Assembly (NCBI GenBank): GCA_965203905.1 | Contig: CBDBDQ010000005.1 | Span: forward strand, 4,352,001-4,416,000 | Reading direction: 5' to 3' | DNA: 64,000 nt | Source of the DNA: Spirochaetia bacterium | GTDB lineage: Bacteria > Spirochaetota > Spirochaetia > SZUA-6 > Bin103 | In this document: positions 19,191 through 29,422 of the stretch, in pieces | Layout of the letters: every line of letters begins with the position of its first letter | How positions within the stretch are numbered: the stretch's first letter is position 1 | Program-made: the position numbers and the translations under genes | The notes under the pieces: model-generated | The model's database searches: none | The model's input: only the letters and a program-made list of their open reading frames with translations | Told to the model about the DNA's origin: nothing

Positions 19191-20263
19191 GCGTGCGCCG
19201 CGGGCAGCGCGGCACGAAACTGCTCGACGAAGCCGTACAGCTCGCGCAGGTGGCGCTGCGAGAGCCAGGTGAGCTGAACCTGCATCACTCCGCCCGCGGC
19301 GGGACGGCGCGGGCTGCGCACCACCTTGCCGTACAATGGGATGCGCGCGCTGGAACCGGGCTCGATCTCCAGTCTCACCAGACTCCCGGCGCGAAGCGGC
19401 GCAGTGCTGCGGATGGCGGCCCGCCCCGCCACCACCGATACCAGGGTACCGCGACACTGCTGTTCATCGAGCAGCACCGCTCGCTGGCGCTGCTCTCCGC
19501 CGGCAACCGAGAGCCGCGCAATCACCCGCGTCAACACGCAATGGCGCGGCGGCCGCTGCACTCGTGGTGCCGCCGGCGGCACGGCGCGGGACAGGAGCAG
19601 CGCCTGTCTGCCGCCGACCCAGCCATAGCCGAGTACCGTGGTGAACACGGGAGCGGCGGCTGTCGCCGGCGCTCCCACCCGCACCGTCACCAGCGCACCG
19701 CGATGCCAGCGCACCTCGCCGCCGGCATCGTCGCCGGGGATGCGGCACGCGATCTCGTCGGGCAGGCCGGCAATGACCTCCGACTCGTGGCTGCCGAGCA
19801 ACGCCGGCGTCACCACGATCCTGGTCCCGGCCCCGAGAGACGAGGACGACCCGATCGTGGCCTCGCCGCGCGCCTCGACGCGCGCCTTGATCGACAGCAG
19901 GAGCGCCAGCCGACCGAGGTGGCGGGAGCGGAGCACCGCGGGCAACGCCGCCCGGCCGCGCAGCAACACGCCATCCAGCAGGGCGCGGTTGCGAAACAGA
20001 TCCGTCTCCTGGTGAAAGTGGCCGCCGCCCACCAGGGTCCGCAGCACGCGCAATTCGCGTCCCGTCAGCCGGCAGGCGCGTCCCGCGCGCCGCACTACGC
20101 GAGCGCTGCCGGAAACGGGCTGAGCGCCGGCGCTCCGCTGGTGGCTGCCGAGCGCGACCAGCACCACGATCAGCGTGCCGAACACCGCCACGACCACCCA
20201 GACGGTGCCCGGATCGTGAACCGTCAGGGCCGCAATCAAGACTTCCCGGGTCCGCAGCAGCAT
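19187..20263 (-). CDS. Membrane-anchored protein with a degenerate PilZ-like C-terminal domain
   Basis: N-terminal TM; C-terminal pattern RGTLVSVVAGRAAI..GSLVRLEI..LYGKVVR..MQVQL; translationally coupled to tsaE. Confidence 0.55.
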   Translation of the reverse strand: MLLRTREVLIAALTVHDPGTVWVVVAVFGTLIVVLVALGSHQRSAGAQPVSGSARVVRRAGRACRLTGRELRVLRTLVGGGHFHQETDLFRNRALLDGVLLRGRAALPAVLRSRHLGRLALLLSIKARVEARGEATIGSSSSLGAGTRIVVTPALLGSHESEVIAGLPDEIACRIPGDDAGGEVRWHRGALVTVRVGAPATAAAPVFTTVLGYGWVGGRQALLLSRAVPPAAPRVQRPPRHCVLTRVIARLSVAGGEQRQRAVLLDEQQCRGTLVSVVAGRAAIRSTAPLRAGSLVRLEIEPGSSARIPLYGKVVRSPRRPAAGGVMQVQLTWLSQRHLRELYGFVEQFRAALPAAHA

Positions 20264-20278
20264 TCCAGGTCCGCGTCG

Positions 20279-21421
20279 CTACGCCCCGGGTAGGGCCCCG
20301 AGCTGGTCCAGGTACTTGGGCGCGAGCGGATCGTTCGGATCCAGCTCCCGGATGGTCTCGAAGTAGCGCCGTGCTTCCTCCAGCAAGCCGCGCTTCATCG
20401 CCAGAATGCCCATATTGGACATGATCTTGGTGTTTTCGGGGTCGAGTTGCAGCGCCGACCTCAGGTTGCGCTCGGATTCCGCGTACTCGCGCAGCTCCAG
20501 GTTGCAGATGGCCAGCTCGTTGTAGGTGTCTGCCATGCCGGCCTGGTCCGCCGCGGTGGCGTGCGTCAGAACCGTCTCGAAGGCACTCTTGGCCGCGGCG
20601 TAGGAACCGGTCCGGCGTAGCGCCCAGCCGCGGACGAAGTGTGCTTGCCACACGTCCGGATGGGCGGCCAGAAAGCTCTCGATCTTGCGCAGCCCTTCAC
20701 GTTCGGAGCCATCGCGCACCAGCTCGTACGCGCGCCGAAAGCTCTCCTCTTCCAGGCCGTCGGCCGTCATCCGGCGCAGGAGATCCTCGGTCTCGGTTCG
20801 GCGCTTCGCGTCAGCTCCATGCTTTACGTACACCTGCAAGTGCGGCCGCGCATCACCGAAACGCCGTTGAGTCAGGTAGAAGTGGGCGAGATTGAGATGC
20901 GCGTCGGCGTGCAGCGGATCCAACTCCAGCACCCGCCGGTAGGCCTGCTCCGCGCTCTGCCGTAGCCGTGCCGCCGCCTCCGGTTCCTCGTTGCGCTCGG
21001 CGGCCGCGGCATGTTCCTCGTAGGCGAAGGCCAGGTTGAGGGCGGTGCCGACATCCTCGGGATTGAGACCCGTGAGGGCCAGGAACAGTTCCTCCGCCAT
21101 CGAGAAGTCGCCGTTGTGGGCCTTGATGATGCCCGCTTCGGTGAGCTCTTCCCTGATGCTGGGCTTGGCGGCACGGATGAAGCTGCGGTAGTACGCCGCG
21201 TCGTGATGCTGCGGCTGGTAGGCGAGAATCTTGAGCATGGCGGCGACGGTGGCGTCCCAGGTCAGATCCTCCGTACTCACCGAGTCGGCGTCCGGTGCCA
21301 GTTCGATGGGGAGCGCCACCTCGGGGTCGACCTTGAACGCTGCCATCCGGTAGTCGAAGTCGCCGGGCAATGAGATGTAGGCCATGCGCGCCAGCGGATC
21401 CCGTGCGCCGTTGTCCACCAT
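20279..21421 (-). CDS. Tetratricopeptide repeat protein
   Basis: Several TPR-like repeats (YRRVLELDPLHADAHLNLA, SALQLDPENTKIMSNMG, IRELDPND); start 21421 or 21445. Confidence 0.88.
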   Translation of the reverse strand: MVDNGARDPLARMAYISLPGDFDYRMAAFKVDPEVALPIELAPDADSVSTEDLTWDATVAAMLKILAYQPQHHDAAYYRSFIRAAKPSIREELTEAGIIKAHNGDFSMAEELFLALTGLNPEDVGTALNLAFAYEEHAAAAERNEEPEAAARLRQSAEQAYRRVLELDPLHADAHLNLAHFYLTQRRFGDARPHLQVYVKHGADAKRRTETEDLLRRMTADGLEEESFRRAYELVRDGSEREGLRKIESFLAAHPDVWQAHFVRGWALRRTGSYAAAKSAFETVLTHATAADQAGMADTYNELAICNLELREYAESERNLRSALQLDPENTKIMSNMGILAMKRGLLEEARRYFETIRELDPNDPLAPKYLDQLGALPGA

Positions 21422-21638
21422 GTCGGCAACGATACTACTATCCATGTCGCGGAGTCGCCACCGGCCGCGCCGGACCGCAGGCGGGCTCCTCCTGGTGCCA
21501 GCCTCACCGTTCGCTCCCTGCGCCCGAAGACCGTCGCCGGCCGGCACCGCTCTTCGCCCGTCGGGTGAACCCGACAAGCTCCTTGCGGGGCGGCGCGCGG
21601 CCACGTAGGATGCGCCCGGCGCGGCGCAGGAGCGAGCG

Positions 21639-22679
21639 GTGTATTCGGTTGTGGGAATAGGCTACGCGATCATGGATTTCATCGCCCACGTGCCGGCGGC
21701 CGAGGTGCGCGCCAGCGGCGCGCGGCCGGGCACCATGCAGCTGGTCGATCACCGGCGGAGTCGTGCACTGCGCCGCCCGCTGACTCCGGCGCGCATCCTG
21801 CCCGGCGGAAGTTGCGCCAACACGATGCGCGGTCTGGGCTGGCTGCGGGCCGCTCTGGGGGGCGATCTGAAGCCCCCGCTGTTCGTCGGCGTGGTGGGAC
21901 GCGACGAGGAGGGTCGGGCCTACGCCCGTGCGCTTCGGTGCGGGGGCGTAGCGACCGCGGTGCAGCGCCGCTCCGGTGCCACCGCCACCTCCACGGTCCT
22001 GGTCACGCCGGACGGCGAACGTACCATGTTCACCTGTCTTGCCGTGAGCCCCCGGTTCGAGTTGCCGCTGGTGCCTGCGGAGGTGTGGCCCGCGGCTCGC
22101 GCCTGTTACGCCACCGGATTCCTGTGCGACGCTGCCACCAGTCTCGATGCCCTCCGCCGCTGCGCGGCCGAGGCGGTGCGTTGCAGGGTGCCGGTAGTGT
22201 TCGACATCGCCGATCCCCTGGTGGCGGAACGCCATCGTCGCCTCCTGTGTGACTGGATCCCCGGCACCGTAACGGTGCTTCTCGGCAACCGCGAGGAACT
22301 GCAGGTGTTGACCGGCCGCAACGACGACGACGGCGCGCTCGCGGCGGCGGGCGAGCTGGCGCCGGTCGTGGTGATGAAGGTGGGAGCGGCCGGTGCACTG
22401 GTGTGGGAGCCGGGTGGCGTCGAGGCCGTGGCCGGGGTCCCGGTAGCTGCCGTCGACACCACGGGCGCCGGCGATGCGTTCGCCGCCGGATTCCTGTTCC
22501 GCTGGCTGGGGGGGAGCCTCCCGCCGGTCGCGGCCGCCATGGGCAACCTGCTGGCCGCTGCGGTGGTCGCGGTGGAGGGCTGTGACTACGCGCGCCTCGC
22601 CGGCGCCGTCGTGAGCACGGGACGGGCTGCTAAGGGTCAGGTGGCTCCGGGTCGAGGACGCGGTCGATCTGGGCGATGA
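21639..22679 (+). CDS. PfkB family carbohydrate / adenosine kinase
   Basis: PGGSCANT, DGERTM, NREE, DTTGAGDAFAAG. Confidence 0.92.
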   Translation: MYSVVGIGYAIMDFIAHVPAAEVRASGARPGTMQLVDHRRSRALRRPLTPARILPGGSCANTMRGLGWLRAALGGDLKPPLFVGVVGRDEEGRAYARALRCGGVATAVQRRSGATATSTVLVTPDGERTMFTCLAVSPRFELPLVPAEVWPAARACYATGFLCDAATSLDALRRCAAEAVRCRVPVVFDIADPLVAERHRRLLCDWIPGTVTVLLGNREELQVLTGRNDDDGALAAAGELAPVVVMKVGAAGALVWEPGGVEAVAGVPVAAVDTTGAGDAFAAGFLFRWLGGSLPPVAAAMGNLLAAAVVAVEGCDYARLAGAVVSTGRAAKGQVAPGRGRGRSGR

Positions 22680-22941
22680 GCCGACTCGTGATCTCGCCGG
22701 CCTGACGGGCGTCCTCGGCCGCGGCACCGGTGGCGATGCGTTGCTTGAACAACTCGTCTACGACGTTGAGAGCGACTACGATCGATACCTTGAGCGGATC
22801 GGTCATCGCAATCTTGGCGGCAGTCTCGTCGACGCGTTTGCGAAAGTACTCAATGACGTCACCGAGATAGGCGGGATCTTCCTGGGTGCGGATGGTGAAG
22901 GAGGTGCCCAGCAACTCGATCCTGGTCAGATGTTCGGCCAT
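22630..22941 (-). CDS. zapA: Cell division protein ZapA
   Basis: IELLGTSFTI..EDPAYL..VALNVVDELF; located downstream of rplT and the zapB-like gene. Confidence 0.85.
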   Translation of the reverse strand: MAEHLTRIELLGTSFTIRTQEDPAYLGDVIEYFRKRVDETAAKIAMTDPLKVSIVVALNVVDELFKQRIATGAAAEDARQAGEITSRLIAQIDRVLDPEPPDP

Positions 22942-22988
22942 TGCCTCGTCAACCGCTGCCGTGCCGCCATCGCCCCCGGGCGCCACCG

Positions 22989-23537
22989 CTAAAAAATGTC
23001 GAGCTCCGCACCCTCTCGACTCGGCGGCGCCTCTTCCTCGGTAGTGGCCCTTTCTTCGGTAGTGGGCCCCTCGTCGGTAGTGGCCGCTGCATCCGCTTCG
23101 CCGGATTGTTCCTCGCCGGCGGCGTCCTGCTGCGGCGCTGCCACGTCCTGCTGCGGCGCTGCCCGCTCCGCCGGATCGCCCGCAAGCGGGTGTGCGGCCG
23201 GCGCAGCGGCAGCGGGGGCCGCGGCCACGTCGGGTGCCGGCGGAGAGTCCACCTCCGGGGCCGACAGGTCGACCTCCAACTCTTCCAATTGGTGCAGAGT
23301 ACGGTTGATGGTCGCCTCGATCTCCTCCTGGTCGGTGCGAAGCTGGCTCAGCTTCTGCTCGGCTGCGAGCCGCGCGCTCTCGGACTCCTCCAGCTTGCGC
23401 GCGGTCTCCACGGCGTCGGCGTTGGCGGCCTGCAACTGCGAGGTCAGGGAGGCATTCGTTTCCCGCAACTCCGCCAGCATGCCCAGGGCACGCTCGATTC
23501 TGTTTTCGAGGCGGTGAATCTGCTCTACGCTGATCAT
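22989..23537 (-). CDS. zapB: Cell division protein ZapB-like coiled coil with acidic low-complexity tail
   Basis: [26 protein letters not shown] coiled coil; ends ELDIF; ATGA overlap with rplT. Confidence 0.72.
   Translation of the reverse strand: MISVEQIHRLENRIERALGMLAELRETNASLTSQLQAANADAVETARKLEESESARLAAEQKLSQLRTDQEEIEATINRTLHQLEELEVDLSAPEVDSPPAPDVAAAPAAAAPAAHPLAGDPAERAAPQQDVAAPQQDAAGEEQSGEADAAATTDEGPTTEERATTEEEAPPSREGAELDIF
23038..23163. repeat. In-frame tandem repeats in the zapB tail (3 x 18-bp period; 2 x 21 bp)
   Basis: TCGGTAGTGG at 23038, 23056 and 23074; CGTCCTGCTGCGGCGCTGCC at 23123 and 23144. Confidence 0.85.
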
Positions 23538-23917
23538 GATGCGGCGGCGCCTTCTTCCTGGTGCGCGTGCACGGCTGCGCGTGAGATCTCGACCAGTTTG
23601 GAGAACGCTTCCGGATCCTGGATCGCCAGGTTCGACAGAGCCTTCCGATCCAGGCCTATCTGCGCCAGTGCCAATCCGTGCATGAACACCGAATAGCGCG
23701 TCCCGTGCGCCCGGCAGGCCGCCGAAATGCGTGCGATCCACAGCGACCGGAAGTCTCGCTTGCGCCGGCGGCGGTCGCGGTAGGCGTAGACCAGGGCCTT
23801 GGCCACCGCATCCTTGGCCGGACGGAACAGCTTGCTGCGTCGCCCCCAGTAGCCCTTGGCGGACTTGATGATCTTGCGCCGGCGTGCATGACGCCGCCCG
23901 CTCCCGGCTCTCGGCAT
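23534..23917 (-). CDS. rplT: 50S ribosomal protein L20
   Basis: [40 protein letters not shown]. Confidence 0.98.
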   Translation of the reverse strand: MPRAGSGRRHARRRKIIKSAKGYWGRRSKLFRPAKDAVAKALVYAYRDRRRRKRDFRSLWIARISAACRAHGTRYSVFMHGLALAQIGLDRKALSNLAIQDPEAFSKLVEISRAAVHAHQEEGAAAS

Positions 23918-23956
23918 GGATTACCTCTCCGTTATGTCTGTCGAGTGGGCGGGACC

Positions 23957-24154
23957 CTATCCGTACGGAATGAGCTGCCGGGCGCGCTTCACCTCGGCTG
24001 AACTCAACGTCGCCGGACGGCGCAGCTTCCGTTTGCGCTTGCGGCTCTTCTTGGTGAGGATATGCCGCAGTCCCTGTTTCTTGTACTTCACCTTGCCGCT
24101 GCCGGTCAAGGCGTACCGCTTGGCGGCGCTCTTACGTGTCTTTATTTTTGGCAC
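23957..24154 (-). CDS. rpmI: 50S ribosomal protein L35
   Basis: [20 protein letters not shown]. Confidence 0.98.
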   Translation of the reverse strand: MPKIKTRKSAAKRYALTGSGKVKYKKQGLRHILTKKSRKRKRKLRRPATLSSAEVKRARQLIPYG

Positions 24155-24740
24155 GGGCTGTCTCTCGCTTTGGCTGACTTGCAGCTTGCGCCGCGGATCG
24201 CGCGGCGGCCTTGGCCACCGCTTTGGCGGCGGGTCCTGGGCTCAGAAACATCGACATGAAGCGCCCTTCCATCTGCGGCCTCCTCTCCAACACCGCGGCG
24301 TCGACGAGGATCTCGAGAATCCGTCCCAGGACGTCGCGGCCGATCTCGGTGTGTGCCAACTCGCGTCCCCGGAAGCGAATCGTAACCTTGACCTTGTTGC
24401 CTTCCTCCAGGAACTGACGCACCTGCCGCGCCTTGAACTGCAGGTCGTGGGTCTCGATCTTGGGTTGCATGCGAATCTCCTTGAGCTTGCCAAGCTTCTG
24501 CTTGCGCTTCGACTCCTTGATTCGCTTCTCCTGCTCGAACTTGTACTTGCCGTAGTCGAGGATCTTGCACACCGGTGGCCGCGCCATCGGGGAAACCTCG
24601 ACCAGATCCAGGCCGTTCTCGCGAGCCAACTCCATGGCCTGGTCGGTGCTCACGACCCCAGCCTGCCTGCCGTCGGCGCTGATGAGGCGTACTTCCGGCA
24701 CGCGGATCATGTCGTTAATTCTGAGTCTGCGTTCGGCCAA
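24132..24740 (-). CDS. infC: Translation initiation factor IF-3
   Basis: [40 protein letters not shown]; TTG start after GAGGAGG with an in-frame stop just upstream. Confidence 0.97.
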   Translation of the reverse strand: MAERRLRINDMIRVPEVRLISADGRQAGVVSTDQAMELARENGLDLVEVSPMARPPVCKILDYGKYKFEQEKRIKESKRKQKLGKLKEIRMQPKIETHDLQFKARQVRQFLEEGNKVKVTIRFRGRELAHTEIGRDVLGRILEILVDAAVLERRPQMEGRFMSMFLSPGPAAKAVAKAAARSAAQAASQPKRETARAKNKDT

Positions 24741-24868
24741 TCGACCTCCTCATAGGCATCGGTGGTGGAGACGACCCCGCCACCAACGTCGGAATATCAT
24801 CCTATTTCGCCCGCAACGGAAGCACCGCCTTCGACTGTCGGTGCCGGCCCCTGCAGGTGTCGGTCATG

Positions 24869-24897
24869 AGTATAGCAAGGTGTCGGCACGCGGTCAA
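24869..24897 (-). promoter_or_regulatory. Sigma70-type promoter of the infC operon
   Basis: TTGACC-N17-TATACT with a TG extended -10 on the minus strand. Confidence 0.75.
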
Positions 24898-24953
24898 AGT
24901 ACCGTACGCGGCAACGGGGCAGGCGGCACGGCACCCGTGGCGGCTGGCGGACG

Positions 24954-25574
24954 TCAAGCCCGCCGCGGTGCACTGGACAACACGAACAGTACCTCCGCGG
25001 CGAGCCAGTTGGCCAGCCGGCGACCGATCGTACGCCGCTTCGAGATGTCGATCTCCTGGAGTATGGTGACCTCCTCGGCGACACAGTAGTCGATGAAATC
25101 CTTGCGCGTACAGAGGTGGATATTGGGCGTGTCGTACCAGGAGTAGGGGAGATCACGGGTGACCGGCATGCGGCCGGTTGCCAGGAACTGCAGACGTACC
25201 TTGAAGTAGCCGAAGTTGGGGAAGGACACGATCACGCGCTGGCCGACCCGCAGCATCTCGGCCAGGAGCAACATCGGCCGGTGGATCATCTGCAAGGTCT
25301 GGTTGAGGATCACGTAGTCGTAGCTGCCGGTGGCGTAGTCGCGGAGGCCTTCGTCAAGGTCTCCCTGAAACACCGAGATCCCCCTTGAGATGCTCTCGAT
25401 GATCATCGACTCCTGCAGTTCCACGCCGCGCCCGCGCACCTGCTTGGTGGCGGTCAGGCGCGCCAGGAGCTCACCGTCACCACAGCCCAGATCGAGCACG
25501 CTGCTGCCGGGCTCGACCAGCTTGACGATCTCGTCGTAGTCGATGTGGGGCCGGTCGGAGGCTTCCGCTGGCAT
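24954..25574 (-). CDS. metW: Methionine biosynthesis protein MetW
   Basis: VLDLGCGDG, VSFPNFG, WYDTPNIH; directly after metX. Confidence 0.94.
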   Translation of the reverse strand: MPAEASDRPHIDYDEIVKLVEPGSSVLDLGCGDGELLARLTATKQVRGRGVELQESMIIESISRGISVFQGDLDEGLRDYATGSYDYVILNQTLQMIHRPMLLLAEMLRVGQRVIVSFPNFGYFKVRLQFLATGRMPVTRDLPYSWYDTPNIHLCTRKDFIDYCVAEEVTILQEIDISKRRTIGRRLANWLAAEVLFVLSSAPRRA

Positions 25575-25579
25575 CGCCG

Positions 25580-26782
25580 TTACGACCCGACGCTGGCCAG
25601 AAAGGAGCGGATGATGCGGGTTTGGCGCTCGGTCTCGATGAGGAACGAATCATGCCCGTGGGGGCTGTCGATCTCGACGTAGGAGACGTCCTTGTCGGCC
25701 TGCATCAGCGCGCTGACGATACCCTTCGACTGGGCTGAAGGATAGAGCCAGTCGGAGGTGAAGGAGACCAGCAGGAACTTTGCCTGGCAGGGCGCGAAGG
25801 CGGCAGCCAGGCCACCGTCGCGGCCGTTCAGGTCGTAGTAGTCCATCGCCTTGGTGATGTAGAGGTAGGCGTTGGCGTCGAACTCCTCGGCGAAGCGGGT
25901 ACCCTTGTAGTCGAGGTAGCTCTCGACCTCGAACTCGTGCGAGAAGCCGTACTCGAACTGGTCTCGTTCCTGCAGCTTGCGGCCGAAGCGCTTGCCCAGT
26001 GACTCGTCCGAAAGGTAGGTCAGATGGCCGACCATGCGCGCGGTAGCCAGGCCGCTGCGGGGTTGGTCGCGACCGTAGTAGGCGCCGTCGTGCCAAGCAG
26101 GGTCGGTAGTGATGGCATTGCGGCCGATGGCGTGAAAGGCGATGCCCTGGGCCGAGATGGTTGCCGTCGAGGCGAGGATGATGGCCGAACGCACCAGCTC
26201 CGGAAAGCGCACGGTCCACTCCAGCGCCTGCATGCCTCCCATGGAGCCGCCGGCCACGCAGTAGAGCCCCGGCAGGTCCAGGTGGCGTACCACCTCGCGC
26301 TGTGCCTGCACCATGTCGCCGATGGTGATCACCGGGAAGCTGAGCCCGTACGGCTTGCCCGTAGCGGGGTTGATCGATGCCGGGCCGGTGCTGCCATGAC
26401 AGCCGCCGATGAAGTTGGTGCACACGACGAAGTAGCGCTCGGTGTCGAACGCCTTGCCGGGTCCGATCATGGGGTCCCACCAGCCGGGACGCCGATCGCC
26501 GGGCGCATGGTAGCCGGCGGCATGATGGCTGCCGGAGGTCGCGTGAAACACCAGCACCGCGTTGCTGCGTGCCGCATTCAGTTCGCCGTAGGTCTCGTAG
26601 CGGATGGTGATCGGGCCGAGCCGTCGGCCGCTCTCCAGCACCAGCTCCTCGGGCGGCGCGGCGAAGGTGAAGTCGTTGGGCTGCACCAGACCCACCGATC
26701 CCGGTTCCTGCCACGGCGCCGCCGCAGAGGATCCGGCGGAATGCTGCACCGCCGCGGAACTGGGTCTCGAACTGCTGCTCAT
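25580..26782 (-). CDS. metX: Homoserine O-acetyltransferase
   Basis: YETYGELN, GWWDPMIGPG, GGSMGG nucleophile, SDWLYP, HGHDSF; exact start uncertain. Confidence 0.94.
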   Translation of the reverse strand: MSSSSRPSSAAVQHSAGSSAAAPWQEPGSVGLVQPNDFTFAAPPEELVLESGRRLGPITIRYETYGELNAARSNAVLVFHATSGSHHAAGYHAPGDRRPGWWDPMIGPGKAFDTERYFVVCTNFIGGCHGSTGPASINPATGKPYGLSFPVITIGDMVQAQREVVRHLDLPGLYCVAGGSMGGMQALEWTVRFPELVRSAIILASTATISAQGIAFHAIGRNAITTDPAWHDGAYYGRDQPRSGLATARMVGHLTYLSDESLGKRFGRKLQERDQFEYGFSHEFEVESYLDYKGTRFAEEFDANAYLYITKAMDYYDLNGRDGGLAAAFAPCQAKFLLVSFTSDWLYPSAQSKGIVSALMQADKDVSYVEIDSPHGHDSFLIETERQTRIIRSFLASVGS

Positions 26783-26978
26783 GCTACTGGATTGGGCTCG
26801 ACGAGGAGTGGCGCGGAAAGCGCCGCGCGGACAGCGCCGCCCCGGTGATGCGGATGGCGCTTCCAACGACCGAGAGGTGGAGGTATTGTACGGCCATCAT
26901 TCCGCACCTGTCAAACCGGGACTTCCCGAACCGGTGCTCGAGCGGCGGGCGGCGGCAGCGGACATTTGGTGGGGTAAC

Positions 26979-27989
26979 TTGGCAAACGACGGATCTAGGC
27001 AACCGCGAGGCGGGAGTGGAGTGCTGCTAGGGTGGTGGCTGGTCATCGCTGCAGCGCCACTGGTGACGGCATGTGCGTCAGGCGCCGCGGTGCGGCTGCC
27101 ACCGGCGGTGGTGGGACCGGCTCCGGCCGACGCCCAGCTCGTGGTGACGCTGCGCCAACCGCTGGTGAGCGACGTGATGGCCCGCCTGCATGCGGCCGGC
27201 GCGCTGCCGTCGCAACTCACCGAGGACGCTGACTCGATTGGCCGCGCGACCGAACGGATCGTGTTCAGCCTGCTCCCCGCGCGGCGCGGAGCGGTGCTGG
27301 CGTTCCTGCCCCGCACGAACTACCCGGCGGAGCTGATCGGCTGGCATCTGAATGTCAGCGACCTGCACTACTTCGCCGGTGGCGGCAGCGGGGTGCGCCA
27401 CTACTGGAGCGATCCCGACATCGGCTTCGGCATCCTCGTGTTCCCCAACCTCATCTTCAGTTTCTGGCTCGATCCCTACGACTTCGCTGCGGGGTCCACG
27501 GATGACGCTCCGGGGCCGGCGGTACGGGAGATGATCCGGATCGCGCAGGAGGGGTCCAGCGTGCCGCTCCACCCGATCGCGGCGCCGCTCAGCGAGGCCC
27601 CCATGTTCGCCTACCTGCAGGACGTTGCCGGCTTTGCGGCGGAGTTGAGTGCGACCACCCCGAACACCGCGCGGGCCATGGTGCGGCTGCCCGCGGACGC
27701 CGCCTGGGCAGCAGGGGAGCTGGCGGATCCTGGGCCCGATGGGCCGGTGCAGCTGCAGGCCGGAGTGGCGCTGCAGGCGGATGACCTCGATCCTTACCTG
27801 GCCCTGATAAGGCTGGTGGTGGTGACGCTCCTGGTGCAGCTCGAGCTGCTCGGCGCAGAGTCGCTGCGCGGGGTGCAGGTGGGAGAAGGTGCGCCCGGCA
27901 CCATTGCGGTAAGCGGCCTGCGGATACCGCGGCCGGCCCTGGTCGAGTTGCTGGGTACGGTGGTGAGAGATGAAGATGAAACGTCGTGA
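26979..27989 (+). CDS. Hypothetical lipoprotein
   Basis: Hydrophobic stretch ending in lipobox VTAC-ASG; start TTG 26979 or GTG 27021; overlaps the hisH start. Confidence 0.65.
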   Translation: MANDGSRQPRGGSGVLLGWWLVIAAAPLVTACASGAAVRLPPAVVGPAPADAQLVVTLRQPLVSDVMARLHAAGALPSQLTEDADSIGRATERIVFSLLPARRGAVLAFLPRTNYPAELIGWHLNVSDLHYFAGGGSGVRHYWSDPDIGFGILVFPNLIFSFWLDPYDFAAGSTDDAPGPAVREMIRIAQEGSSVPLHPIAAPLSEAPMFAYLQDVAGFAAELSATTPNTARAMVRLPADAAWAAGELADPGPDGPVQLQAGVALQADDLDPYLALIRLVVVTLLVQLELLGAESLRGVQVGEGAPGTIAVSGLRIPRPALVELLGTVVRDEDETS

Positions 27990-28599
27990 CGAGGTGGTGA
28001 TTGTCGACTACGAGGCCGGCAACCTGCGCAGCGTGGAGCTGGCGGTGGCACACCTGGGGGCCGCGGCCGTGACCAGCGCGGACCCGGAGCGGGTACGGAC
28101 CGCGGAGCGGGTGATCTTCCCCGGCGTGGGGGGCGCGGATGCCGCCATGGCGGTGTTGCGCAACCGTGGGCTCGATGCCTCCTTGCGTGAGGTGCATCGG
28201 GCGGGGCGGCCGATGTTGGGTATCTGCGTGGGCTGCCAGGTGATCTTCGACTCCTCCGAGGAGGGGCCGACCGATTGTCTCGGGCTGGTGCCCGGACGCG
28301 TCGTCCGGATCCGGCCGGCCGCGGGACGCAAGGTCCCACACATGGGCTGGAACGTGGTGCATCGGCGGCGCCGGCACCCGCTCGTCGCTGGGATCGCCGA
28401 CGGCGCGCGCTTCTACTTCGTGCACTCCTACTGCGTGCTGCCGGAAGATCAGGGCTCCACGGTCGGCGCCACCCGCTACGGCACCGAGTTCGCCGCGATC
28501 ATCGCCGCCGGCAACATAGTGGCGACCCAGTTCCACGCCGAGAAGTCGGGCCGCTGGGGGCTGCAACTGCTGGCGAACTTCCTGTCCTGGACGCCGTGA
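27970..28599 (+). CDS. hisH: Imidazole glycerol phosphate synthase glutaminase subunit
   Basis: [39 protein letters not shown]. Confidence 0.96.
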   Translation: MKMKRRDEVVIVDYEAGNLRSVELAVAHLGAAAVTSADPERVRTAERVIFPGVGGADAAMAVLRNRGLDASLREVHRAGRPMLGICVGCQVIFDSSEEGPTDCLGLVPGRVVRIRPAAGRKVPHMGWNVVHRRRRHPLVAGIADGARFYFVHSYCVLPEDQGSTVGATRYGTEFAAIIAAGNIVATQFHAEKSGRWGLQLLANFLSWTP

Positions 28600-29378
28600 T
28601 GGTTGGGGAAGGGCTGGCCAAGCGCGTCATCGTGTGTCTGGACGTGCGCGACGGCAAGACCACCAAGGGGGTGCGCTTCCTGGACAACCGGGTAGTAGGC
28701 GATCCGGTGGCGATGGCCGAGCGCTACTACCAGGACGGGGTGGACGAGCTGGTGTTCTACGACATCACCGCCTCCGCCGAAAGGCGCGGCATCATGCTCG
28801 ACGTGGTGCGCAGGGTGGCCGAGCAGATCTTCATCCCGTTCGCCGTGGGCGGCGGCATCAGGTCGGTGGCCGACATGCGCGCCGTGCTGCTGGCCGGCGC
28901 CGAGAAGGTGTCGGTGAACTCGCAGGCGGTGCGCAATCCGTCGATCATCAGCGAGGGGGCGGCCGCATTCGGGACCCAGTGCATCGTGCTGGGCCTGGAT
29001 GCGAAGCGCGATGCCGCCATGCCCAGCGGCTACCGCGTGATGATCGATGGCATGCGCCGCTCCACCGAGTTGGATGCCCTGGAGTGGGCGCTGCGGGCCC
29101 AGGAGCTGGGCGCGGGCGAGGTGGTGCTCAACGCCATCGACACCGACGGCGTGCAGGAGGGATACGAGCTGACCGTTACCCGGCTGCTCGCCGACACCCT
29201 GACCATCCCGGTGGTGGCCTCCGGCGGCGCCGGCACGCCGGACCACTTGTACGAGGTGCTGCGGGAGGGTCACGCCCACGCCGCCCTGGTCGCCTCCATG
29301 GTCCACTTCGGCACCTATACCGTGCGCGACATCAAGCGCAGCCTGGCCGCGCGGGGGATCTGCATCCGCGACGACTGA
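28599..29378 (+). CDS. hisF: Imidazole glycerol phosphate synthase cyclase subunit
   Basis: [36 protein letters not shown]. Confidence 0.96.
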   Translation: MVGEGLAKRVIVCLDVRDGKTTKGVRFLDNRVVGDPVAMAERYYQDGVDELVFYDITASAERRGIMLDVVRRVAEQIFIPFAVGGGIRSVADMRAVLLAGAEKVSVNSQAVRNPSIISEGAAAFGTQCIVLGLDAKRDAAMPSGYRVMIDGMRRSTELDALEWALRAQELGAGEVVLNAIDTDGVQEGYELTVTRLLADTLTIPVVASGGAGTPDHLYEVLREGHAHAALVASMVHFGTYTVRDIKRSLAARGICIRDD

Positions 29379-29422
29379 CCGGAATCGAAAGCACGCCGGA
29401 GCGGCGGCCGTTAGTGGTGGAC

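Noticed and set aside
22630-22679. 6S RNA after zapA, and the 50-nt convergent overlap with the PfkB kinase
   Set aside because: There is no intergenic space for an RNA gene; the overlap is a low-complexity C-terminal run-on typical of high-GC genomes.
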